The notes beneath the pieces were generated by a model. It had not been told where the DNA came from. It ran no database searches and saw only the letters and a program-made list of their open reading frames with translations. Source: Podarcis erhardii (lineage: Eukaryota). Taken from it: DNA of 64,000 nucleotides. The translations under genes and the position numbers were made by a program. How positions within the stretch are numbered: the first letter of the stretch is position 1; each line of letters starts with the position of its first letter. This document shows, one piece after another, positions 48,856 through 60,200 of this stretch. The stretch lies in assembly GCA_964252035.1 (NCBI GenBank), contig OZ176205.1, one strand, 5' to 3'.

Positions 48856-49208
48856 GGGACGCGGGTGACGCTGTGGGTTAAACCACAAAGCCTAGGACTT
48901 GCTGATTAGAAGGTCAGCAGTTCGAATCCCCGTAATGGGGTGAGCTCCCGTTGCTCGTCCCTGCTCCTGCCAACCTAGCAGTTCGAAAGCACATCAAAGT
49001 GCAAGTAGATAAATAGGTACCGCTCCGGCGGGAAGGTAAACGGCGTTTCCGTGTGCTGCTCTGGTTCGCCAGAAGCAGCGTAGTCATGCTGGCCACATGA
49101 CCCAGAAGCTGTACGCCGGCTCCCTCGGCCGGTAAAGCGAGATGAGCACCGCAACCCCAGAGTCGGTCACGACTGGACCTATTGTCAGGGGTCCTTTTAC
49201 CTTTACTT
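48856..49208 (+). mobile_element. Sauria SINE, full length
   Basis: tRNA-like head GGGACGCGGGTGACGCTGTGGGTTAAACC...GTTCGAATCC, characteristic body, (ACCTTT)n-type tail; 11-bp TSD TAACCTGGAAG at 48844-48854 and 49209-49219. Confidence 0.9.
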
Positions 49209-49729
49209 TAACCTGGAAGCACCACTTGTTTCAATGTAATTTTCTTCCATCAGGTTTGTAGCATCAGGTTGCAGTCTATACAAACTTACTTTCAATAAAG
49301 TCCACTGAAATAAATTGGACTTTTTGAGTATATATGTATCAAATCTGGTGGTTCTATTTTTATGTAAAAATCAACAAAAAATAGTATTGGATTGACATTT
49401 TCAAATTTCTCATTGCATTACTCAAAATGAGTTTTGAAACTACTACAATGCTGCATTTCCAGTTTATTATAGTGGGTCACAGGCAATATGAGTTCTGCAG
49501 TTTCCTGAGTCATACAAACACCAGGAGATTTAGAATGCTGATTCTGTGGCAGGTTGATGCATCCACTAGAAATATGAGTCAGCTGAGATAAAGAAGTTCA
49601 CCTCAGAATAGTCAGAAACAAAACTTAACTTAGCACCTTGTCTGTAATTCATGAATGCTCATAATGCATTAAAGTATTTATTAATATCCCCCCACGCACA
49701 TGGGAAGCAAATATTGTATTCAGATATAC

Positions 49730-50055
49730 AGAAGCATAAGAAACTGCCTTATACAATTTCAAACCATTGATCCATCTACTATTGTCTACACCAGGCATCC
49801 CCAAACTTGGCCCTCCAGATGTTTTGGTGCTACAGTTCCCATCATCCCTGACCACTGGTCCTGTTAGCAAGGGATGATGGGAGTTGTAGTCCCAAAAATA
49901 TCTGGAGGGCAGAGTTTGGGGGTGCCTGGTCTATACTGACTGGCAGCAGTTCTCCAGGGTTTCAGATGGGGTCTCTCCCAGCCCCGCCTAAAGATGCCAG
50001 GAATTGAACCTTGGCCCTTCTACATGCACAGGAGATACTATACTACACAGCTATC
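49730..50055 (-). mobile_element. tRNA-derived squamate SINE (Squam3-like), interrupted by the hAT MITE
   Basis: GAAACTGCCTTATAC...ATTGTCTACAC[MITE]TGACTGGCAGCAGTTCTCCAGGGTTTCAG...GGAATTGAACC (reverse B box); related copies at about 6990-7170 (+) and 57660-57810 (-); family name from recall. Confidence 0.6.
49792..49928. mobile_element. hAT-type palindromic MITE nested in an older SINE
   Basis: Ends CAGGCATCCCCAAACT...AGTTTGGGGGTGCCTG; TSD GTCTACAC/GTCTATAC (7 of 8); same family as 44505-44619. Degraded relatives at about 17390-17495, 32880-33020, 45760-45890 and 60200-60340. Confidence 0.85.
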
Positions 50056-50940
50056 CTGTGTACTGGTTTATGGAATCAAAGAGATGGAATCATTATGCCT
50101 GCTTTATATTTTCTTCCAGTTCTTCACCATGCTAAGAGCATAGGCCATGTGATACTTGGGGACTTAAGTGCTTCAAAGGCCTAAAGGTTTTTAGGATCAT
50201 TCCAGAAAGCCAAATAACTCAACACAGATACCTAAGGATTGCCACTAAAAAAACCCCAGAAAACTCTACAGTGTTGTAAACATCAGCTTCAGCTTCAAGC
50301 ATTAGCAGGAGGCAATACTTAGCTCTATGCTGCGAAAGCAAATTCTGATTTCTTGCCGACCAAGCTGCTGTTAAATGCACAGGAACAGGCCAGAGTTCTT
50401 TTCTGGTTAGTTGATAGCCTTGCAGATGTTGAATCTCAGAGAAGTAGATTTGTTAAAAGAGTATGTTATTAATAGAATGAGAATTAATACAGCAAACAAA
50501 AAAACCTAGCAGCTCTTAACTCATTTTCAATTGAAACACACCTTGAATTCAGCTCAACAATGCTGAACCCCTGCATCTTTTTTTCAGTATCAAGGTTAGA
50601 TAAGTAGTAATTAATAAAAGTGCACCTAAACACGTGCATAATGCCTTTCTCTTAGCACTTAGTAACCACAGCCATTCCTAACACATCTGAGGTTAGAGGA
50701 AAGGGATTTAATATCAGAGGCTGTTGCTTAAAGACGAAAAGTTTTCCAGCACTGCTCATTGTCATTTAGAAATGAAGTAGTGAGCTGGACAGCACCCAAT
50801 AGAGAATAGCTTGATCATGAACAAAGCCATTTTTTAGAACAATCCTGAAGCAAACTCACCTGCTTATTTACTAAAGCTGCATCCATGTAACCAGGTCTAC
50901 AGGATTTGAGTCTCTGTCTACAATGCAATTATTGTTAATA

Positions 50941-51166
50941 CAGTGGTACCTCGGGTTAAGTACTTAATTCGTTCCGGAGGTCCGTTCTTAACCTGAAACT
51001 GTTCTTAACCTGAAGCACCACTTTAGCTAATGGGGCCTCCTGCTGCCACCGTGCCGCCGGAGCACGATTTCTGTTCTCATCCTGAAGCAAAGTTCTTAAC
51101 CTGAAGCACTATTTCTGGGTTAGTGGAGTCTGTAACTTGAAGCATTTGTAACCTGAGGTACCACTG
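50941..51166. mobile_element. Tc1/mariner-type MITE, 226 bp (copy B)
   Basis: Same TIRs and TA duplication; about 13 differences from copy A by eye. Confidence 0.9.
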
Positions 51167-52581
51167 TAGAAACAAGCTGGCTGAATTTGCCTCATGACAA
51201 CGTACTTAAATGCATGTAACTGCTTGAAAACAATGTAATCCCATTCTTTCTATCTTTTATAACTTTGTACTCCAAATGGCAAAATTGTACAGAGAAACAG
51301 CCCCACCCTAATCATGTTTACTTGGAAGTGAGTCACACCGGGGGGGGGGAGTGATTCACTTCCAAGTAAGTTTGGTTAGTATAAGAGCCAAAACAATTTA
51401 AAGCACAATTCTATACATATGTTCTTAACAGCATAAATGAGTACAGTGGGGTGTACCCCCAGGGAAGTGGGTATAAGATTGCAGTATGAAGGTTGTGTGT
51501 GTGTGGTAAATTGTCTCTTGTCATCATCATATGACTGGCGTGATTAGTGGTTGTGGGCATTGAACTCCCATGGTTCCTGCATTGCTGAAAGGCTCTAGAA
51601 AAGGGATGGGAAAGTTTTTTAAAACCAAGGGTTGCATTGCCTAAACTTTCCACTCTCCTGTGTTAATATGTACATGAATCTTCTGGGCATGGGCATTCTG
51701 GGATTTGGTGTGGATTATCAGTATTATATCCACTTCTCTCTTCCATGTGAACCACATGAACCAATCTTGCTATGAAGCACCTTCTAAGGATCCTTAGAGT
51801 TTAGGGTTGGAAATGAACTGGCTGATGGTGAATAAACTGAAACTTGGTCCAAGCAAGGAGTTTTTCTTAGATTGCAGCCCTGGAGTGGTGAAAATGTCTG
51901 TCTCAGATGGGCACAAACTGTTCCCCAAAATATGGGATTTGTAGATTGGGATCCACTCATCCTTGATGGCTGGGCTAAGGCTTTGCCCAAGACCATGTTC
52001 TATCAACTTATCTGCAATAATAAACATGACTGCCGTTTTAAACATGCTTGTTAGTGATCCCCACCAAATTGCTAGTGGGCTTCCTATGACCCCCTGGCTG
52101 GCCACGATGACAACATAATGCTGGACTTTACAGGCCTTTTGTGTAATGCAGTGGGACTCCTCTTATGATGATTGCTAGATTGTTTACTGCCCCTGGTTCA
52201 TATTCCTTTTATCAGTAGATTACTCACATGCTGATTCCTGCAGTTCAGCCTCCTGTTAAGAACACAGGAGCAGGAGAGCAATTTTCCTCCCTATCTCTTG
52301 ATATTTCGAAACCTTGCTACTGGGTAGTGAGTGCCATTGAACACATTTTGGAGCTATGATTAGAGGGGAAGTTGCCATTTTAAAGGAACTGAGACTTTAA
52401 AGCCTTGGAAAATGTGGCTGTAGGGCACTATAGTAAAAAATAAATAAATCCCCATCTCCCCTCCCAACAACCAACACCACATCATTAGGCAATTTCCAGA
52501 GGGGTAGCCATGTTCATCTGTTGCAGCATAACCAGCCCCCCAAATAGGCTTGGATAGATCCATTGAATTCAGTGGATATGC

Positions 52582-52869
52582 TAGGGTTGCCATATGTCCA
52601 GAAATTTCCAGACACAGCTGGTATTCAGCCCCCTAAAGCAGTGTCTGTGTGGAAATCACTGAAATGTCCAGAAAAATCCAGACGTATGGCAAACCATGTC
52701 TGAAGTATAGATTTTGCCGAATTTCCTTAAAAGCAGCTCAAAACTTCATTTTTTCCCCAGATTTTGCAAAGAAAAAAAACAAAACAAAACAAAAAGCTCA
52801 ATAACTTTTGGCAAAAAAAAAAAGTGCTCCACAACTTTTGTGTCCAGATTTTGAAATATGGCAACACTA
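52582..52869. mobile_element. hAT-type non-autonomous element, 288 bp
   Basis: TIRs TAGGGTTGCCATA / TATGGCAACACTA; TSD GGATATGC/GGATATGA (7 of 8); internal TATGGCAA and GTCCAGA sub-terminal repeats. Confidence 0.8.
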
Positions 52870-53479
52870 GGATATGACCAACGTAGGTTAGTGGGTCTGC
52901 TCTAACCTACCTGGATACAACTAATATGAACAAACTGATCATAGCCGAAGCTTTTGAGAACTACAGTCTACATACATACATACATACAAGAGTGGAGGTG
53001 GTGGCGGCTAATTGTAAGCAGTGGGCTCAGAAGCAAAGGAAATGCAGAAAAATACATGGCGAGAAAAACAGTTTATTTCCTTTGTTTTTAAGTCAAGTTT
53101 AAGAGTTAGCTACCGTCAGGCCTGGTCCCAGATTGGGGGTGTGGGGCTTAGCTGCTCCCCCAGCACTCTCCCTCGGCCACTGTGGCAAGTGCCGCTGCTA
53201 CAGCTGCCAACTCCCCACCCCTTGACACCCTGGAACCGCTTGCAGCTTGTGAACTCGATTGGTGTCAGTGGCTATTTCAAAATAGAAAATGCCAGCACTG
53301 CACTTGCCTTTTTTTTGGGGGGGGGGGGGGAGAGACACGTGTTCAGAGAATTCAGGGAGGCAAAGGAGCCAACTCCTAGGGTCCGAGATCTCAATAAAAT
53401 ATTTGAGGGCAGCGGCCCCCCCACCCCCAAAGTTGATGGGCAATGCCATTCAAATAGTGTGCATCTTGTGATCGGTTAT

Positions 53480-54260
53480 GGGAATGGGGCTTACCTAGCC
53501 CCCCGCCCCCCAAATCTTTTATTCAGGTGGGGGTGTGCTGCAGGGAGGACGGGCTGTTGTGATCTTTCGTCGAAGCTGCTTGGCTCGCTGCCGATGGCAG
53601 GCAGTGCACCTTCGCCCCAGGCCCCAGCCGACGGCCCCACGCCGCCCTCTCGGCTCTCCGACCCCGAGTCCACCCCGGTCGCGGCGCGACGCGCCTCCGC
53701 CGCGCGCCAATGAAGGGCCCCGGCCGGGCCAGCGCGTGGCGGGATAGGGCTGCCCCATCTCCACCCACCGCCAGGCGAGGCGACTCACTGGCCGGGCGGC
53801 TCGCCGGGGTGGAGCTTCGCCCGCCTTAAGGCAGCTGCCCCTGCCAGCCACCGGGAAGCCGGCGAGCCGCGCAGGAGAGAAAAGGCAAATCTGACCCGAG
53901 ATTGCACCAGCGCTCCTCCTCGCCCTCGCCCTCGGACGTGCTCGAGCCAGCGGCATCCGCAGCAGCGACCCCAGCTCACCCCGCGGAGCCAAGATCCCAG
54001 CGCCGCCGCTCCTCCGACACCCAGGAAGGAAGGAAGGATCGCTTGCCGCCGAAATGGAGAACGCGAAGCAGAGGCACGCCGGTTTCCTGCCGCCCTTCAG
54101 GCACTTCGCCACGCAGGCCATCCACGCGGGGCAAGAGCCCGAACAATGGAAGTCCCTGGCCGTGGTGCCCCCCATCTCCCTCGCCACCACCTTCAAGCAG
54201 CAGGCGCCGGGGAAGCACAGCGTGAGTGAGGCGGATGGGGCAAGCAAGGCTTCAGAGCCG
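53480..54260 (+). promoter_or_regulatory. CpG island / promoter of CTH with CCAAT box (about 53706) and GC-rich boxes
   Basis: CpG-dense tract immediately upstream of and covering CTH exon 1. Confidence 0.8.
54054..54221 (+). CDS. CTH: CTH coding exon 1
   Basis: gaaATGG start; CACAGC|gtgagt; 168 nt. Confidence 0.94.
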
Positions 54261-57200
54261 GGCATGGGGGGGAAAGGGCAGGACTTGGAGGGAGGGGGTC
54301 CTTCTCTGTCTTCACAGAATCGTAGAATTGGAAGGGACCTCTAGGGTCATCTAGTCCAACCCCCTGCGATGCAGGAATCTTTTTGCGCCACGTGGGGCTC
54401 GAACCCAGGACCTTGAGGCCAAGAGTCCCATGCGTCTACCGACTGAGCTGTTTGCTTTAGTTAGGGGCTCTCAGAAAACAGCGCCCCCCTCCCCATCTAG
54501 TCAATCGACTCTTTCTGTCTGCCCCAAGCCACACACCTGTCTGTTCTGCTCAGACGGCTCTTCAGCTTACCCATAACTCCTTTCCTTCTCGCTCAATGCG
54601 CCTAACCAAGGCTGCAGCCCCAGCTATGTTTCCTCAGGAGTTAACTCCACAGACTACAACAGGGTAAGTGAGGTTAGGATTGTAGGCAGAGGCTGCGATC
54701 CTAAGGTTTTATGGCAAGTGGTAGAAAGAAGTCTGCACAGAGGTAAATCCTGTGAGTTCAGTGGCACTTACTCTCTAGTAACTGTGTACATGATTGCAGC
54801 CTCTCTCTGTGTTCTAATTATCAAAACCACACACACACACTTTATATATCGATATAGATATAGATATATCTCGAGATCCTAGCTTGCAGTTTATGAAGAT
54901 TTTCAGTATATGTCTGTTACTGATTCCTACATCAAAAAGGCTAACCCGTATTGGCTAAATTGTACATTTCATTATGATAATCCTCACTGCATTGTGAAAG
55001 TCCAGCAGAAGCACCTGTTGCCTATTTATGAGGCAAGAGGATGACATCGCCTCCTTTTTGATCATTTTGCCTTACCGCTTTGCATTTTGAGGGCCAAACA
55101 AGACAATCCTGTCTCTTGTTTTTCCGCGGAGCAACTGCAGGTGTGTGATCATGATAAGGACTTTGGCTTGTGGGGAGGACTTTGTACCACAGCCCCGGTG
55201 AAAATTGCTCTCCTCCACCTTCCTTCAAAGCTGTTGTGCTTTGTTGCATGGTTGGCACCAGTGGCAGCTTCCCTTCCAGGGCAAAGGGCAGTTCAAGAGG
55301 GAGAGATTTTAATTGGGACGGTGATATCGGGGGTGAGGTTAATCCCAGTCAGTCCTAACCAGGCACACTCTGCTGCTAGTTCGAAACGCAAGAGACGCGT
55401 GCATTTCAGTGTGAAATTAACAGACCTAACTTTGATTCCCTTCCATCAGTTAAAGTCATTTCTATGCTTGGAAGGAGCTCTTTCATTAACTAAATAAAGG
55501 CCAGCTCAGGATCCAAGCCAAAGTCTTCAGAAGTTGGCCTATGTCTTGCTATCCCAGAAAGCCAACCTAAGGTGGCTTGTACACCTATGGAATTGATAGT
55601 GTTTGTTCACTTCGTTATTAGAGAATCTAGATAGAATAGGGAAAACACTAGAATGCAAAGATGCTATCTTTTTTTAAAAAACCATTCTGTAGCAATGCGT
55701 GTCCAAACATGGACTGGTACAGATACGTAGTATTGTTGACACAACTGGCAGGAGAAGTGACCTGTGCTATTCCACTTGTCTGAATTACCTGTCCCACACC
55801 TGTCTCATAAAGGTCGAAATTCTGTAATTTAGCTATTCAGAAGAGGCAGCAGTGAACTGAATAGGACTGGATTCACCCCCTTCTTTTCCATTTCCCCACC
55901 ATGGTTGATGGACAGAATCTTAATCTCGCCCTGTTGGATGGTTCCTTCCTCCATTACTTTTCCACACCTTTTTTCTTAATTTGACTCCTCCAAGTACAAG
56001 TGAGCAAATGTTTAACCTTTTTAAAAACAACTTGGAATTGCTGGCAAAATAATGCACTGTCTGTTTTTGCCTTTGTCACATAGACAGACATGCTAGAATT
56101 AAAATAGGTAGTATATTATTAAGTGTCATGTGGAACCTCAGATATATTTTGGCTTTATATGATTATGGAAGAGCAAGATGCTCATGTGGAGGGGGCTACA
56201 AAGGGGGGGGGTGTGCGTGTGCAAGCAATGGAACTCCAGATAGGAAATGTGTTGCATCTGTACTATTTCAGTCACCAAATGACATTTCTGTGTATAAAGT
56301 ACATACTGATTTCCTCTTTCTTTCTTTGTTTGCCCTTTAGGGTTTTATTTGCTTTCTTTCAAGCCCATTTTGTTCTTCTAGGTATGGCAAATTTGGCATG
56401 CTATTTGAAAACATTTTAAAAGCAGATCCCTGATTTAGTTTTGCCCAACACATTCAATCCATGTTGAATTTCTGGATTATCATCCTAGTTGGGTTGCAAG
56501 AAAAAGCTGACTCATTTTTAACTCTGCAGATTCTTGTGGGCAGGGCCGAACAAACTCGCCTTGCTACCCTGTCCTCTGCATGACACAAGACGATATGGAA
56601 ATTGCATAAGCAAGTCGGCAGCTTTCCAGAGTATTGCATTACTCATTATGTATCTTGGGTTGAAAAAAACCTGTGTGTTTTTAAAGCAATGAAACGCCAC
56701 GTTTCATAAAACCAATGAAGAGTCTCATGACATCTTAAAAGACTAAGTGGTTTATTTTAGCATAGTCTTTAATATGCTACAGAACTATTAGTCCATTGTA
56801 GCAAAAACAGGTATTCTTCTGTATATTCAGTAAGATACTTAATACTTTACTAGTTGACGTACAAGAGTTTAGCCAAGCAGGAAGAGTTAAAGTACAAAAC
56901 CACAGGCGGAAAATATGTACATGGTGTTCTGTTCGGAATAATTTGTTTCACTAGAAAGCATTGTTTTCTCCCCCACTCCAAGGCTGGCCAGCTTGGATTC
57001 CTAATTTGTCATTTTCCCATATATTCAGACTTTCAAGTACTCAATGCTAGGGCAAGAAGGCACTGTAAGTATAATACAGTCTTACCTCTGTCTAAGAACA
57101 GTCCTTTTAACGATCAATTGGGGCAATGCAGGAAGCTGGCTGTGGTGGAAAACTCTGAAGATGATGCAGTTCCCTGTGGTTTAGGGCTGCTCTTGCGGTT

Positions 57201-60200
57201 CTCACCTACCTGCATTTCGTGACCCTGCCAAGGAAACAAATTTGTATGAAATTCATAAGCCATTTTAGTTTTATGATTAGTGGACAGAAAAGGAGGCAAT
57301 TGAACATTAAGGTCATTGGTTCTGCTCCTGCTCCTATGCTATGCTATAAAGTTCTCCAGATGTTAGTCTACATATCCCATTATCAGCTAGAGGTGATGGA
57401 AGCTGGAATCCCAGCAACATCTGGAGTTCCTCATCCTTGCTCCGAAGAGAATGGATCTGCTTGGCTTGTGTGATAACCTGGAAGACAAACTGCTTCCCTA
57501 GCAGTTTCACTTCTGCCGCATTTAGAAAGCTTCCCCTTACTCCCGTCCTGGCCCTGAGCTCCATATATCTGAATTATCCCCCCTACCAGTCACATAACTC
57601 TGACTTGCAGTCTAGGTCTTGTTTCAGTTCCCCATTCCAAGACCTCCTGTCCACTCTAGGAACACGGAAAGCTGCCTTCTACTGGGTCAGTCTGTCTAGC
57701 TTAGTTTTGCCTACCCTGACTGGCAAGCTCTCTGGGATTTCAGACGGAGACCATTCCCAGCCTATGCTGGAAATCAAACCTTGGACTTTTGTGCAATGCA
57801 AAGTCCAAGGCTACAGTTATTATAGCATTAATTGCAGGGCATGCAAGGTGCCTTACAAAACACAGGAGGTGCAGCCTTGGGCCTTGTTTTTGCATCAAGG
57901 TGTGTTTTCTGCATCCTCTTCCTCCTGTATCCTTCTCCTTTCTCTGGTCCCTCCGCCCGCCCCCCCCCCCCCCATTTTATACCTGCAACAGAATTGTACT
58001 AGGAATGTGTGCTTTTTGAAATAAATCCTCCATTAGCTCTGCTATAATGTTCCAAAGAGCAAACATTTCAAATGAGCCTTGCCATGGGAAATGCAGGTCT
58101 TATAAATTGTCAGACTGTCACGTGTTGCTTCCACAACCTGTCTTTGAGCCAAATGATTGTTTGATTTTGCTTTCATCCCAGCTGTCTGCCAACAGTATGG
58201 AAATTTCTTTCAGGAGAAAACTCAAGTGGCTGCCATAGGAAGCCTAGCTGCAAAGAAGGATTGGGGGCTGGGCTTCTGTACCTTTAGTTGTTGTTTAGAA
58301 CTGTTAAAGGTGCAGGAGCCCTGGGACTTGCGACTTGACTGTGTTGAAACAGTAGATTGCAAGATTTAATCTGTTTTCATGATTTGAGTTTCATATAACA
58401 TGTTGTTGTTTTTCAAGGAAGATGGTAATAAAGGCAAATGGAAGGAAATATATGGAAACATTTTCAGGATTTCACAAGAAAAAAATCTAAGAGGCCACTT
58501 TCTTTCTCTTTTGAATTGACTTGCCCTCATTTGGTGCATAGATTCCAAGCATCAAGATTTTTTCACCTTGTACTGTCAATTCCACTGCAACATATCTTCC
58601 AACCTCATCCTTGAAGATCATTTTGGGACTGAATTTCTCTTTAACATAAATCACAACGCCTCTTTTTTTAACCTTATCTGAAGAAATAAATTCCTGGCCT
58701 AATTTTGTATTTTGCAGAATTTTCCTGTGGGTTCTTATTGCAGGTGCACATTATAAATAATTTGATCTCTAATAATTTGATCAACTATTGATGTATATTT
58801 AGCTTATTTTATTTTATTTTTGTTCTCTTTCATAGGGCTTTGAATATAGCCGCTGTGGAAATCCAACCCGCGATTCCATGGAAAAGGCTGTGGCAGCACT
58901 GGATGGTGCCAAGTATTGTAAGCTGTCAATATTTTCATTACAAAAAAATGATGATTGTCTTTGGCTAACAGTACACATAAGGTGCAACAGTAGTGTCTTG
59001 GAAAAGAGACAAAAAGGGAAGCTATTGGTTTTTGGTTAGCTCTGATTCTGGTATCATGCTATGCAACAATGCAGCTATATCTTTGTATTTTATCAATTTC
59101 ATCAAACCTGGATAAATTACTTTTGGCCACGTTATTAAGGCATTTCCTAATCCACATTTTCAGGCGTGGAATGCTTGGAGTTTGACACGGCTCATAACAT
59201 AAATGTCCACAATCATCTCCATAATGTAGTGGTTTTTTTTTCTAGATTCTTGGAATTATGGGTAACTTTAATGGTTCTAGATAAAATTGTTGTTACCTAT
59301 TGTGTCAAAGCCCCATATCTAATCCACACACACACACACACACACAGTCACAGTAAGCTCTCCTTTGAAAGCGACTTAAGTGTTCAGAGACACACACCTG
59401 CCACAAAGCTGAAATATATTGAAGAATTCATTCGTTCACTTGTCAGATGTTCTTTGTTTATTTCCTTTTCCCGTTAGGTTTATCCTATGCGTCTGGGTTA
59501 GCAGCTACGGTGAACATTGCACACTTGCTGAAGGCAGGAGATACTGTTGTTTGCACAGACGATGTCTATGGGGGTGAGTGCTGTACTTGCATATGGCAGG
59601 TCTTAACTGTCCTAGATGTAATCTCAGGGTTGTAATCCAGAAGCGTTTCAAAGATCATTAACCTGAGCCTGCACACTTAGGTCTTTCACTTCAGCACTGA
59701 GGATGGCTTGAAAGTCAGCAGTTATAACAGGTCAGACACCACAGGTGTGACTTATTATCTTAATTAATACTTCTTAGACAGAGCCAGTTGACACATCCGG
59801 CAGTGAGGCACTAACTGGTGTTCACACATTTGTGATTTAGCCCTCAGTCACATGCCAAATAAAACTTCCATTATGGACCCATCATAAGCCTTGCTACCGT
59901 TTCCTGGGCATAATAATAGTTTTATTCCTGGGCATAATAATAGCACTAACTAGTCCTCTGTTACACATGGATTTGATGCACCTATCCTGCCCTTGAAATT
60001 AATAGATTTTTGTGCTCTTTCTTTAGTTTTCCAAAATCTTTAGATTGGTGTTCTTTCATGCAATACGTTGGTTCATCATTAGTTGATCTGAACTTGCTAA
60101 GAAGCTTTTTGCTTTTTTAAAAACACTTTTTAAAAATTCAAACCTATGCCCTATTGGATTTTATTTTCTACATTGTCCATTTCGCAAAGTATGGCTTGCA

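Noticed and set aside
53021-54265. ORFs of 230 aa (+) and 248 aa (-) in the CTH promoter
   Set aside because: Begin at non-ATG codons or run through poly-G and GC-rich promoter; no coherent domain; the minus one is antisense to CTH exon 1
54385-54450. tRNA-Lys(CTT)-like sequence on the minus strand (and at 34504-34555)
   Set aside because: Acceptor stem and anticodon arm are degraded and it is fused to a CR1-type tail, so it is a SINE head rather than a functional tRNA
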